Shown: positions 26,389-40,718, numbered from the stretch's first letter. The stretch: 64,000 nt of DNA from Eledone cirrhosa (GCA_964016885.1 OZ024762.1:19778001-19842000); one strand, 5' to 3'. A program made the numbers and translations. The notes: a model not told the origin generated them from the sequence alone.

Positions 26389-27124
26389 TACTTGGCGTGG
26401 CAATAAAGTCTTTAGAATAACCCTTTAAATGAAATTGCACAACGTATTGAAACTAAAATTTATTTATTCTGCAAAACATAATTTCCATTGAATGCAATAA
26501 CATCTTTACAGTGCTTATGCAAAGCATTTAACTCTTTCTGGAACCATTTCTTTGGCAATTGTTTAACCCTTTAGCATTTTCATTACTCTATATATACTAT
26601 TGTATTTTCATGGTAAAGACTTTACCTCACATAATATCTCACATGATATCGAATCTATGAGATTTTGAAAGTATTTATTTTGAGAACAATACCTTAACAT
26701 CAGTTTGAGTGACCAGTAACAGCCAGTTTCAACAAAAAGAGGTAGAGAATTCAGGCCGGTTTGAACATTAAAGGGCTAAACCAGTGCAACGATTCATCCA
26801 CTACCTCTTCTAATGAAGCGAAATCAAAGATGTTGCTTTAATATCTTGAACACCCAATGATCGCACAAATTTAAGTCGGGACTATAGGGTCATTGCCACT
26901 CTCCTCTGGAAAAAATCGTTTGTGGATTCAGGAGTTCAATGCGTGTATACATTCACAAGAATGACAGCAAAATAATTATGCATAGGCCTGTAACAAAATA
27001 CAGCATTCATACAGAATATCACAGACGAACATCAAAGTTCACATTCCATCTAATATTAACAACATTTACTGCTATATATGGCACAGAGCCTACTATTGTA
27101 AAGACTTTATTGTCACACCATATA
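26389..27124 (-). mobile_element. Internally deleted mariner transposon with piggyBac MITE inserted at 26563-26779
   Basis: TIRs TACTTGGCGTGGCAATAAAGTCTTTA / TAAAGACTTTATTGTCACACCATATA; minus-strand remnant PYSPDLNLCDHWVFKILK (mariner YSPDL motif). Confidence 0.85.
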
Positions 27125-27610
27125 TGAAATATTGTTATCATCATCATCATTTAATGTCCAATTTTCCTTGCTAGCATGGGTTAGATGAGTTGTCCCATTG
27201 TGAGAGAAGCCAAATCAAATAACCATGCCTTGCTCACACAGAACTCTTTCTAGCTTCGTTTCTACAGCTGCATGATAATAATAATTGTTTCTACTTTTGG
27301 CACAAGACTAGCAAATTACCCCCAGTGTATTACTGGTGCTTTATTTTATCGACCCCCAAAAGGATGAAAGGCAAAGTTAACCTGGTGAGATTTGAACTCA
27401 GAACGTAAAGGGCCATAACTCCTATGCTGCAGAAAATTATTGTATACAGTGTTCAGGTGCGCTACAAGTAAAAGTATAGAATGCATCACAAATGTGCATG
27501 TCATTGTTGCGCATATGTGTGTGTCTGTGTGTGTATATATATATATATGTATGTATGTGTGTGTGTGTATGCTGTACATATGCGGACGTAAAATGATGAT
27601 GATGATGATG

Positions 27611-27654
<44 letters not shown>

Positions 27655-27969
27655 ATACATACATGTATATGTGAGTGTGTGTTGCAACAAAGACATTGAG
27701 TGGTGGGGAGAGAGATGGATAGATAGGCAAACTGATATAATCTTTGCTGGTACAGGATTGCTTTTACTCCTGTCACCCCCACCCCTCCCACCTCCTCCTC
27801 CCACACTCCAACAGATTCTAAATAAAAACTTAAATATACTCCTGAAATTTTAGAATTTCATCTCATCTACACACATAGGCATATGTGTATGTGTGATGTA
27901 TATACATGTAATTATACATTTATATATATATATATATATATAGAAGTGGTTTCACAACAGTTAGTTCAC

Positions 27970-28015
27970 CATACCGAGAACAATTGTTTCACCTTCGCGG
28001 ATCTTCAGCTCGGTA

Positions 28016-28017
<2 letters not shown>
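27970..28017 (-). ncRNA. Type I hammerhead ribozyme (family L)
   Basis: Reverse complement CATACCGAG-CTGAAGA-TCCGCGAAGGT-GAAA-CAATTG-TT|CTCGGTATG; perfect 9-bp helix I. Confidence 0.85.
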
Positions 28018-28075
<58 letters not shown>

Positions 28076-28541
28076 TTAGAAACACACAGATACATGCGGA
28101 CACACACATATACATGAATGCATCCACACCCAACCGTGAGTTAAGGGTGGCAACCTCACCGATGTTGCTCAATGAAAGACTGGGACAGACCAATCCGGTT
28201 GAACTAGACTGAACCAGTATCAGAGTTAAAAATACATTATGAAGAGAGAAGGAACATTTAGATATAATTAGTAATAAAATGTATCATACCTAAACTGCTC
28301 CTAGATTCCTCGACTACGTAGTTTCGTGGCATAAACAAAAACAATACATCATAAAGATATAGAGTCCCTGCGAGGTCTGCCGACTTATCAAGAGGATACC
28401 TCATTTTACTAGTCTCAAGAACGCGTCTACACGACGTGAGAAAGAATCCCAAAAGGCATATACTTACATAATTATACATTTATATATATATATATATATA
28501 CTTATATAATTATGCATTTATATATGTATATATAATTATAC

Positions 28542-28579
<38 letters not shown>

Positions 28580-28615
28580 TTATATTATGCATTTATATAT
28601 ATATAATTATACATT

Positions 28616-28671
<56 letters not shown>

Positions 28672-28724
28672 ACTATATATGTATATCTGCACCCACACAC
28701 ACATATTCATATATATATATATAT

Positions 28725-28917
28725 ATAGGAACAAGTATGACCTCGACGGCAGAGTTCAAGCCGTTTTGACGGCTATTTCAGTCCAGAATTAGCCGTCGAA
28801 ACGGCTTCAGCTCTGCCGTCAGGGTCATACTTGTTCCTATTACCCACTCCACTACCCTAAGTATTGAGTACTTTGGTGCGTTATGATCCATCTGGTTCCT
28901 TACCACAATTCCTTCGT

Positions 28918-28918
<1 letters not shown>
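28725..28918. mobile_element. Family E fold-back (arms 28725-28840) plus tail
   Basis: Same architecture as 8596-8793. Confidence 0.85.
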
Positions 28919-28944
<26 letters not shown>

Positions 28945-28948
<4 letters not shown>

Positions 28949-29153
28949 TTAATATAGATGAGATTCTACAGGACTAGAACTGTTTCATTCTTTAGAAATC
29001 ATCAGGAATCAGATTCCTGATGATTCCTGATGATTTCTAAAGAATGAAACAGTTCTAGTCCTGTAGAATCTCATCTATATTAAAACTTTTATACTCTGCA
29101 ATGTATTGAGTACCTTACTTACTGTGGTTACCTCCGATTCAACCCGGAATAAC

Positions 29154-29154
<1 letters not shown>
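28945..29154. mobile_element. Family F fold-back (arms 28945-29087) with back-to-back hammerheads, plus tail
   Basis: GATTC-CTGATGA-TTTCTAAAGAAT-GAAA-CAGTTCTAGTCCTG-TA|GAATC on both strands. Confidence 0.85.
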
Positions 29155-29191
<37 letters not shown>

Positions 29192-29666
29192 TAATCATCA
29201 GATGTTAAACGATGATTGTGATATATATACATACATACATACATACATATACATACATACATACATACATACACATATATAATTATATATATATATGAAT
29301 GTGTGTGTGTGTGTGGGTGCATGTATGTATGCATGTATATATGTGTGTGTATTTGCACATGTATTTATGCATATATGCACATGCACATATTGTGAGTATA
29401 TACAGACAAAAATGCAAATTGGCAGAACGAAGTCTGAAAGCCAGAAAGTCTATGACTAAGAAGAAAAGCTTTTAATTCCAAGTTGAGAATGAAATGGTAT
29501 GAAAACTATAAAATGAAGGAATTTCTTTTCATTGCAAGAATTATTTTAACTGGCTGACATTATATATATACTTTCTCCGTTCTTATCACTTCACACAGGT
29601 TGACGTTTTCGATATTAGCTGATGTATATAGTTGTGTCAATTACCAGGTGTTATTATATATTTTTA

Positions 29667-29735
<69 letters not shown>

Positions 29736-30163
29736 ATGTGTAAATGAAGTATTTCCGTCGGAAAGGTATAAATAAATAAATATATATATATATATATATA
29801 TTTATGTGTGTATGTGTGTGTTTATATATGTATGTGTACATGTATGTATATATGTATGTTTATATGTCTATATATATGTATATATGTATATATATATATA
29901 TATGTATATGTATATATATATATTTGTATAGACTATTTTGAGTTTCTAACTCAATGTATGATATGTATGTATATATATGTGTATGTGTATATGTATGTAT
30001 ATGTATGTGTATATATATATATATATATATATGTATATCATCATCATTGTTTAACGTCTATCTTCCATGCTAGCATGGGTTAGACGAGGAATTGTCCTAG
30101 TTAAGGCAAGATTGTTTGGGTGACCGCCTCTCGCTCATTATATATAAGTATATATATGTATAT

Positions 30164-30194
<31 letters not shown>

Positions 30195-30389
30195 CGTTAT
30201 TCCGGGTTGAATCGGAGGTAACCACAGTAAGTAAGGTACTCAATACATTGCAGAGTATAAAAGTTTTAATATAGATGAGATTCTACAGGACTAGAACTGT
30301 TTCATTCATTAGAAATCATCAGGAATCTCAGATTCCTGATGATTTCTAATGAATGAAACAGTTCTAGTCCTGTAGAATCTCATCTATAT
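30195..30389. mobile_element. Family F fold-back (arms 30269-30389), tail on the left
   Basis: Inverse orientation of the 28945 element; hammerheads on both strands. Confidence 0.85.
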
Positions 30390-30416
30390 ATACATATATA
30401 TATATATATATATAGG

Positions 30417-30449
<33 letters not shown>

Positions 30450-30731
30450 GTGTATATATATGTATATATGTATATATATAGGTGTATATATATATGTGTG
30501 TGTATATATATATATGTGTGTGTATGTGTGTATCGGCTATTGACATTTAGTAGTCTGTATCACACTTCACTGTATCTTTCTATTTCCTCCTCTTCTAAGA
30601 TACTTATACCCTATTATATATACACACAGATATATATATATATATATATATGTTTATATATATTATATATACGTATATATATATATATATGGAGGCACAT
30701 GGTTTAGTGGTTAGAGCATTAGCCTTGCAAT

Positions 30732-31045
30732 CCTTTAGCTTTTAAACTGGGCCATCTCTGGCCAGAATTCTCTCACCTCTTTCTGTTTAAACCAGCCGTA
30801 ACTGTCCACTCATAATTATGTTAAAGTATTGTTCTCAAAATAAATAATATCAAAATCTCATAGATTCAATATTGTGTGAGATATTATGTGAGATAAAGCG
30901 TTTACCATGAAAATACAATAGTGTATATAATTGTTTCTACTTTTGGCACAAGGCCAGCAATAACCCAGTACATTACTGGTACTTTATTTTATCGACCCCG
31001 TAAGAATGAAAGGCAAAGTTAACCTCGGCAATACTAAAGGATTAA
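30732..31045. mobile_element. piggyBac-like MITE with an S1 fragment
   Basis: Body matches 18681-18870; ends CTAAAGGGATTAA. Confidence 0.65.
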
Positions 31046-31064
31046 GGTTCTTCACATTATTTTA

Positions 31065-31605
31065 CAGCATCCCCTAGACTGAGCACACCACTCAATATAA
31101 GAGGGGACGTGACAAGATCTGAATGTATCTTCACTGGTTAATGTGCCAAAAATATAGCTATCAGTTGTCCGATGACTGGTACCATCATGTCCGAGAAAAT
31201 GCTCTTGGTGGCAGAGACAGATCTGAGATACTCTGGGATGTCATTATCCTAACAAACCACCCCAAAAGGGTGGTGGATTGGCAGTATCGGTAGTGGGTCG
31301 GACATAGAGTTACGGTCCTTGCCATTCTGAGTTCAAATCCCGCCGAGGTTAACTTTGCCTTTCATCCTTACGGGGTCGATAAAATATAGTACCAGTAATG
31401 TACTGGGTAATTGTTGGCCTTGTGCCAATAGTAGAAACAATTATCTTAACAAACCACTTACGCGATCACAACACACCTGATAATTGTGCATGCCAGGATT
31501 ATTGATGTTGCTATCCCAGAAGACAATGACATAGCCTTGAAAAATATTGAAAATATATATATGTTCACGTATAGAACAATGAAAACAAGACTGAAGTCAG
31601 AGGTA
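31065..31605 (+). mobile_element. R4/Dong-like RLE non-LTR retrotransposon remnant
   Basis: Translates as MYLHWLMCQKY..WYHH..EILWDVIILTNH..HNTPD..IIDVAIPEDNDIALKNIE, a PD-(D/E)xK restriction-like endonuclease region with stops and frameshifts. Confidence 0.75.
31261..31440 (+). mobile_element. S1 SINE with a 17-bp TSD
   Basis: TTATCYTAACAAACCAC at 31244-31260 and 31441-31457. Confidence 0.9.
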
Positions 31606-31632
31606 GGTAGTCATTTTATATATATATATATA

Positions 31633-31950
31633 TCATCATTTCATTTTACGTCCACTTTTCCCTGCTTGCAAGGGTGAGACGGGAACTGATTCTGGCTTGA
31701 TTTCTACAGCTGGATGCCCTTCCTAACACCAACCTCATTTACAGTGAGTGCTGGGTGCTTTTTTGCCGTGGCACCTCCACGACCACTTTGAAGTGGAATG
31801 ATAGGGACCCCAGTCCCTATCATCTCATTTCTACAGCTGAGTAAACTGGAGCAATGTGAAATAAAGTGTCTTGCTCAAGGAAATAACACATCATCCGGTC
31901 TGAGAATTGAACTCACAACCTTTCGATTGCAAGCCCATTGCTCTAACCAC
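31633..31950 (-). mobile_element. S2 SINE
   Basis: Reverse complement of 32539-32880. Confidence 0.9.
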
Positions 31951-32538
31951 AATATATATATATAGATAGATAGATAAATCTACCAAAATATACGGTAGTG
32001 CTCAATCCGTATGAAGAACTCAATGTAATCCAAATATCATGAAAAGAGATGTATTCAAAAATGTTTTCGATGAAAATCACAGGAAAACAGAGTCAAGATA
32101 AATTAATAAAAACAATGAATAAAAACAAAGAAACAGTTCCTTATATTAAAAAATGCATCATTTTACGATCGTTTCTAGGATATATATGTGTGTGTTGGTA
32201 TGCATATAGGAAACAACACATCACTCGGTCTGAGAATTGAACTCACAAGCTTTGGATTACAAGGCCAATGCTCTGACCACTAAGCCATGCGCCTCCATAT
32301 ATATATATATATATATATATATATCATCATCATCATCAACGTTTAACGTCCGTGTTCCACGCTTGCATGGATTGAGTGGTTGTCTTGCTCGCATAGGACT
32401 GTCTGGCAGGTTTTCTACAGTTGGATGCCCTTCCTAACACCAACCACATTTACAGTGTGGGTCTGGGAGGTTTTTACCGTGTTGCCTACACGGCCACATT
32501 ACAGCGTGGACTGTGTGTTTTTTTGTCGTATATATAAT

Positions 32539-32880
32539 GGAGGCACATGGCTTAGTGGTTAGAGCATTGGCCTTGCAATCGAAAGGTTGTGAGTTCAATT
32601 CTCAGACCGGGTGATGTGTTGTTTCCTTGAGCAAGACACTTTATTTCACATTGCTCCAGTTTACTCAGCTGTAGAAATGAGATGATAGGGACTGGGGTCC
32701 CTATCATTCCACTGCAAAGTGGTCGTGGAGGTGCCACGGCAAAAAAGCACCCAGCACTCACTGTAAATGAGGTTGGTGTTAGGAAGGGCATCCAGCTGTA
32801 GAAATCAAGCCAGAATCAGTTCCCGTCCCACCCTTGCAAGCAGGGAAAAGCGGACGTAAAATGATGATGATGATGATGAT
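32539..32880 (+). mobile_element. S2 SINE, full length
   Basis: A and B boxes, CCTTGAGCAAGACACTT core, GGAAGGGCATCCAGCTG, (GAT)n tail. Confidence 0.9.
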
Positions 32881-32882
32881 AA

Positions 32883-33023
32883 TGAATTTTTCAGTATAAC
32901 AAAATTATTTTCAATCCTGCCACATGCTCTATGTGTTAGGTCGATCTCGTTATAAAGAATTTTCCATTACAACGAATTTTTTTTTATACCTCGTAAATTT
33001 CGTTATAACAAAATTTCACTGTA
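32883..33023. mobile_element. Tigger/pogo-like MITE end
   Basis: Repeated CGTTATAAC subterminal motifs, ending CACTG-TA. Confidence 0.55.
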
Positions 33024-33382
33024 GTAGATATATAAAGAAAAAATACAGGTTTTCACTTTTAAAACTAATTTTAAATTAAAATTAAGCCATTTCTATTTAT
33101 AAAGAACATCATGTTAGTTCTTGTTGTTGTTGTTATTTCTACTTTACAATTGTTTACTTTTACTCTGTAGATGCACTTCAGTAGTAGTAGTAGTGGGGGT
33201 GTGGTGGTGGTAGTAATAGTAGTGGTGGTGGTAGTGGTAGTAGTAGTAGTAGTATTGACAATAATAATATTACCCGATTTATTTTTGAAAAGGCATATAT
33301 TTTGTAGAATCCTATACATGCCTATCATGTTTTATATATATATATATATATATGTACACGCATATATATATATATATACATG

Positions 33383-33425
<43 letters not shown>

Positions 33426-33471
33426 ATATATATATACATGTATATACATATATATATACATATATATATAC

Positions 33472-33930
33472 ATGAAATGACAGGAGGCTGGATTTGTGTA
33501 AATCCTTGAAAGGTTTCTGTTTTCGTTCATCTGACCGGTAGTAGCATACTATAAAATTTAGCCACGTCACTCCAGGGCGACCGGCTGAGGTTGAAGGAAC
33601 AGAATAGCGGTCGCCCTCGGGTCTCGATTTTCAGCCCCATGGATTTTACCTATTACATTCACGTATTATATTTCGAATACCTGATGATATCACCGGATTC
33701 ATACGGAACCCGGTCATTGAAATGATCATAGTATAATAAACCTTTCAAGGATTTACACAAATCCAGCCTCCTGTCATTTCATTATAATATTTAACTCCGT
33801 AATAGCACCACCAACTACAAAAACAAAGACGGTTGAACTGCTCTACGTTGAGTACTCTCTATATTATTGCATTACGATTGACCATACGGAATAGACCAGC
33901 TCTATACAGTGGTGAACCTCAAACCTGAAT
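33472..33930 (+). mobile_element. Family G pLTR derivative with inverted arms 33472-33516/33738-33782 and tail
   Basis: Perfect 45-bp inverted repeat, internal hammerhead, (TA)n flanks. Confidence 0.85.
33677..33734 (+). ncRNA. Type I hammerhead ribozyme (family G)
   Basis: ATAC-CTGATGA-TATCACCGG..CCGGTCATT-GAAA-TGATCA-TA|GTAT. Confidence 0.8.
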
Positions 33931-34002
33931 ATATATATACATGTATATACATACATATATATATACATATATATGTATATATACATATACATATATATAT
34001 AT

Positions 34003-34063
<61 letters not shown>

Positions 34064-34089
34064 TATAGATCCCTTTTGTACATGTGTGT

Positions 34090-36135
34090 GTGTCACAGTG
34101 TTTGTGACTGTGTGTGTATGTCAGTGTGTGTATGCGTGACTGTGTGTGTATGTCACTGTGTGTACGTCACTGTGTGTGTACGTCACTGTGTGTGTACGTC
34201 ACTGTGTGCGTATGTCACTGTGTGTGTACATCGCTGCGTGTGTACATCACTGTGTGTGTACATCACTGTGTGTGTACATCACTGTGTGTGTGTCACTGTG
34301 TGTGTATGTCACTGTGTGTGTACGTCACTGTGTGTGTACATCACTGTGTGTACATCACTGTGTGTGTACATCACTGTGTGTGTGTCACTGTGTGTGTGTG
34401 TCACTGTGTGTGTATGTCACTGTGTGTGTATGTCACTGTGTGTGTACGTCACTGTGTGTGTATGTCACTGTGTGTGTACATCACTGTGTGTGTACGTCAC
34501 TGTGTGTGTATGTCACTGTGTGTGTATGTCACTGTGTGTGTACATCACTGTGTGTGTATGTCACTGTGTGTGTACATCACTGTGTGTGTATGTCACTGTG
34601 TGTGTACATCACTGTGTGTGTATGTCACTGTGTGTGTACATCACTGTGTGTGTGTGTCACTGTGTGTGTACATCACTGTGTGTGTCACTGTGTGTGTATG
34701 TCACTGTGTGTGTACATCACTGTGTGTGTCACTGTGTGTGTATGTCACTGTGTGTGTACGTCACTGTGTGTGTCACTGTGTGTGTATGTCACTGTGTGTG
34801 TACATCACTGTGTGTGTACGTCACTGTGTGTGTACATCACTGTGTACGTCACTGTGTGTGTACACACTGTGTGTGTACGTCACTGTGTGTGTACATCACT
34901 GTGTGTGTACGTCACTGTGTGTGTACGTCACTGTGTGTGTACATCACTGTGTGTGTATGTCACTGTGTGTGTACGTCACTGTGTGTGTGTGTCTGTGTGT
35001 ATACATCACTGTGTGTGTACATCACTGTGTGTGTACGTCACTGTGTGTGTACGTCACTGTGTGTGTACGTCACTGTGTGTGTATGTCACTGTGTGTGTAC
35101 GTCACTGTGTGTGTATGTCTGTGTGTATACATCACTGTGTGTGTACATCACTGTGTGTATGTCACTGTGTGTGTACGTCACTGTGTGTACGTCACTGTGT
35201 GTGTACGTCACTGTGTGTGTATGTCACTGTGTGTGTACGTCACTGTGTGTGTACATCACTGTGTGTACGTCACTGTGTGTGTACATCACTGTGTGTATGT
35301 CACTGTGTGTGTATATCACTGTGTACGTCACTGTGTGTGTACGTCACTGTGTGTACATCACTGTGTGTGTACGTCACTGTGTGTACATCACTGTGTGTGT
35401 GTCACTGTGTGTGTGTACATCACTGTGTGTATGTCACTGTGTGTGTACGTCACTGTGTGTACATCACTGTGTGTGTACGTCACTGTGTGTGTATGCCACT
35501 GTGTGTGTGTCACTGTGTGTGTGTACATCACTGTGTGTGTGTACATCACTGTGTGTGTACATCACTGTGTGTATGCCACTCAGTGTGTGTATGTCACTGT
35601 GTACATCACTGTGTGTGTGTCACTGTGTGTGTGTACATCACTGTGTGTGTGTACGTCACTGTGTGTGTGTACATCACTGTGTGTGTACACATCACTGTGT
35701 GTGTGTCACTGTGTGTGTATGTCACTGTGTGTGTATGTCACTGTGTGTGTGTCACTGTGTGTGTGTCACTGTGTGTACATCACTGTGTGTACGTCACTGT
35801 GTACATCACTGTGTGTACATCACTGTGTGTGTGTACGTCACTGTGTGTGTACATCACTGTGTGTGTGTACATCACTGTGTGTGTGTCACTGTGTGTGTAT
35901 GTCACTGTGTGTGTACACCACTGTGTGTGTGTACGCCACTGTGTGTGTGTACATTACTGTGTGTGTGTCACTGTGTGTACGTCACTGTGTGTGTGTACAT
36001 CACTGTGTGTGTGTCACTGTGTGTGTATGCCACTGTGTGTGTATGTCACTGTGTGTGTATGTCACTGTGTGTGTACATCACTGTGTGTGTGTACGCCACT
36101 GTGTGTGTGTACGCCACTGTGTGTGTGTCACTGTA
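34090..36135. repeat. Satellite of about 16 bp (GTCACTGTGTGTGTAC-like)
   Basis: Read directly; no stop codons in three frames. Confidence 0.95.
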
Positions 36136-36464
36136 TGAGAGAGAAAAAGAGAGGAAGTCAGATATTCAATCTATCTGTGATATTTGCATTGAGTTCAATC
36201 CTATTTGAGTTTGCATATTTTCCAATAAAGTTGTTTGTTAGTTACAGCTAGATCATTTCATACTGAACTGATTGATAATTTTGTTTTATTGATCTTCTGC
36301 CATTTTTCTTGATCCCCCCTGGGTCTATTCCCCCCCCCCCAGATCTATCTCCCCAATCCCCCCCCTTCCCCCCTATCGCTTGTATGTACAGCTCCTCAAT
36401 GTTGAGAAACATTGATATTACATCATATGGTAGGATTTGTCATTGCCTTCCATTCCAAAAGACC

Positions 36465-37685
36465 CTGCCATACCATATACACTACACGACTGCATACCAT
36501 ATACACTACACCATACCATACTACACCACTGCATACCATATACACTACGCCATACCATATACACTACACCATACCATACTACACCACTGCATACCATATA
36601 CATTACACCATACCAGACTACACTACACCACACCATACCACACTACACCACTGCATACCATATACACTACACCATACCAGACTACACTACACCACACCAT
36701 ACCACACCACTGCATACCATATACACTATGCCATACCAGACTACACTACACCACACCATACCACACTACACCACTGCATACCATATACATTACACCATAC
36801 CAGACTACACTACACCACACCATACCACACTACACTACACCATACCACACTCACTATACCACTACATACCACACTCACTACACCACTACATACCATATAC
36901 ACTACACCATACCACACCACACTACACTACACCACTACATACCACACTACACCATACCACACTACACTACACCACTACATACCATATACACTACACCATA
37001 CCACACCACACTACACTACACCACTACATACCACACTACACCATACCACACTACACTAGACCACACCATACCACACTACACTACACTACACCACACCATA
37101 CCACACTACACTACACCATACCACACTACACTATACCACACTACACTACACCATTACATACCACACTACACTACACCACTACATACCATATACACTACAC
37201 CATACCACACTACACTACACTACTACATACCATATACACTACACCATACCACACTCACTACACCACTACATACCATATACACTACACCATACCACACTAC
37301 ACTACACCACTACATACCATACCACATTACACCATACCACACTACACCATACCACACTATACCATACCATACCACACCATACCATACCACACTACACCAT
37401 ACCACACTATACCATACCATACCACACCATACCATACCACACTATACCATACCACACTACACCATACCACACCATACCATACCACACTACACCATACCAT
37501 ACCACACCATACCATACCACACCATACCGTACCACACCATACCATACCACACTACACCATACCACTGCATACCATACCACACTACACTACACCATACCAT
37601 TGCACACCATACCACACTACACCACGCCATACTATATTACACCACACCACTGCATACACTACTACACCACACCATAGCATACTGA
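36465..37685. repeat. (CACTA/CCATA) pentanucleotide satellite
   Basis: Read directly. Confidence 0.95.
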
Positions 37686-37689
37686 CCCA

Positions 37690-38140
37690 CACATTCACAG
37701 TGAGTACTGGGCGCTTTTTGTCATGACACCTACACGATCACTCTACAGTGTGGACTGGGTGATTTGTGTTGTGAGACTGGCACAGCCACTTTACAATGAG
37801 TAGCGAGTTCTTTTGTTGTGAAACCTACATGACCACTTTACAGTGTGGACTAGGTGCTTTTTACACCTACGTGACCACTTTACAGTGTGGACTAGGTGCT
37901 TTTTACACCTACATGACCATTTTACAGTGTGGACTAGGTGCTTTTTACACCTACGTGACCACTTTACAGTGTGGACTAGGTGCTTTTTACACCTACATGA
38001 CCACTTTTCAGTGTGGACTAGGTGCTTTTTACACCTACATGACCATTTTACAGTGTGGACTAGGTGCTTTTTACACCTACATGACCACTCAACAGTGTGG
38101 ACTAGGTGCTTTTTGTTGTGACACCTACACGACCACTGTT
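37690..38140. repeat. 42-bp tandem array amplified from an S2-related SINE internal segment
   Basis: The unit ACCTACATGACCACTTTACAGTGTGGACTAGGTGCTTTTTAC matches 46975-47072. Confidence 0.85.
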
Positions 38141-38230
38141 GAGTGCTTCCAATCTATTGTAAAACTCATTCTTTGATTTATTCATTGAACCTTGTTTAAC
38201 CTTTAAATATATATATATATATATATATAA

Positions 38231-38292
<62 letters not shown>

Positions 38293-39254
38293 GGATACAC
38301 ACACACATGGCAACTTCTTTTTCAATCTTAAAGGGTCCTCGCCCTATCTTATAAGCTATATTATGCCCTCTCTACATCTCAACAGACCATTCTTTACATT
38401 AGATACATATTTTTTATTTTACATCAGATTTTCTTCCTAACTTTTGCTTTTGTTGAAGAAATTATACTTTTTTCTTTTCTCTTGATTTCATTTTAGTTTT
38501 AGTTTTTATTCTATTTTAATTTCTAGTTAGGTTAAGGCTAGACCTAGTAAACTTGGTCCTTTGCTCACTGAGCCTTGCGATAATCTCTTTACCCTCCTCA
38601 GTGCCTGCAGCCCAAAGGTCCAATCCCCAGAGCCCATGTGGCTTACACACACACACACACACACACACACCTTTCTCTCTCTATTTCTCTCATAGAAAAG
38701 ATTCTTTTGTTTTATTATTGGCAATGTTTGTGTGCCTGTATATATATATATATATATGTGTGTGTGTATATATATGTGTTTATACATATATATGTGTGTT
38801 TATACATATATATGTGTGTGTGTGTGTATATATATGTGTTTATACATATATATGTGTGTATATATATGTGTTTATACATATATATGTGTGTGTGTGTATA
38901 TATGTGTTTATACATATATATGTGTGTATATATGTGTGTTTATACATATGTGTGTGTGTGTGTATATATGTGTTTATACATATATATGTGTGTGTCTATA
39001 TATGTGTGTGTGTGTATATATGTGTTTATACATATATATGTGTGTGTATATATGTGTGTTTATACATATATATGTGTGTGTGTGTGTGTATATATATGTT
39101 TATACATATATATGTGTGTATATATGTGTTTATACATATATGTGTGTGTGTGTATACCTGTCCATGTGTATTTGTTGTGTTCTGAAGATTTTCAATTGAT
39201 AATTCTTTTTTCAATGTGTGTTTTTGTTTGTGTGTGTGTGGGTGTGTGTGGGTG

Positions 39255-39285
<31 letters not shown>

Positions 39286-39889
39286 TAGTGTGTGGGCCTC
39301 TGTTTATATGTGTGATAAAAACCACAACATCCTTTTATCTTTATCTCCACACACACACACACGCATACATAGAGTCCCATGCTAACATACAGAAGCACAC
39401 ATATATACACATAGAGAGACATACACGCACACACATAGAGAGACATACACACACATAGAGAGACATACACACACATAGAGAGACATACACATACACAGAT
39501 ATACACACACACAGATACACACACATAGAGATACATACACACACATAGAGAGACATACACATACACAGATATACACACACACACACACATACATACATAC
39601 ACACACATAGAGAGACATACACATACACAGATATACACACACACACAGAGATACATACACACACACAGATACATATACACACAGATACACAGATACACAC
39701 ACACACACACACAGATACATATACACACACACACACACGCACACACACACACACACAGATACATACACACACACACACACACACGCACACACACACACAC
39801 ACACACTTGTATCCATCTGATCTTCCAGCAAACTTATTCTCTCCTGACATTCATCTTTCTTCACCTCATTCACTTCTTCCTCTTGGGAA

Positions 39890-39966
39890 CCACCACCACC
39901 ACCACCACCAGCACCACCACCACCAGCACCACCACCACCACCACCATCATCAACTTCACCACCACC

Positions 39967-39997
<31 letters not shown>

Positions 39998-40002
39998 ACT
40001 TC

Positions 40003-40033
<31 letters not shown>

Positions 40034-40221
40034 ACTTCACCACCACCATCATCATCATCAACTTCACCACCATCATCATCATCAACTTCACCACCACCAC
40101 CATCATCATCATCAACTTCACCACCACCACGATCATCATCATCAACTTCACCACCACCATCATCATCATCAACTTCACCACCATCATCATCATCAACTTC
40201 ACCACCACCATCATCATCAAC

Positions 40222-40261
<40 letters not shown>

Positions 40262-40322
40262 CCATCATCGTCCTTGCCATTATCATCATCATCATCGCCA
40301 TCATCATCATCATTGTCATCAT
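39890..40322. repeat. (CAC)n(CAT)nCAACTT compound repeat
   Basis: Read directly. Confidence 0.95.
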
Positions 40323-40327
40323 TATTT

Positions 40328-40718
40328 TGGCAGTATCGGTAGAGGGTTGGACGCCATGCTTTGACGCATAGAGTTACGGCCCTTGCCATTCTGAGTTCAA
40401 ATCCCGCCGAGGTTAACTTTGCCTTTCATCCTTATGGGGTCGATAAAATAAAGTACCAGTAATGTACTGGATAATTGCTGGCCTTGTGCCAAAAGTAGAA
40501 ACAATTATTACCATGGCAACTGGGCAGTGGATTGGCAGTATTGGGAGAGGGTCGGACGCCATGCTTTGGCGCATAGAGTTACGACCCTTGCCATTCTGAG
40601 TTCAAATCCCGCCGAGGTTAACTTTGCCTTTCATCTCTTACGGGGTCGATGAAATAAAGTACCAGTAATGCACTGGGGTAATTGCTGGCCTTGTGCCAAA
40701 AGTAGAAACAATTATTAC
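40328..40718 (+). mobile_element. Two tandem S1 SINEs
   Basis: Two B-box plus core units. Confidence 0.88.

Noticed and set aside
32539-32612. tRNA genes at the S1 and S2 heads
   Set aside because: A and B boxes are present, but the heads run into SINE bodies with no complete cloverleaf or terminator.
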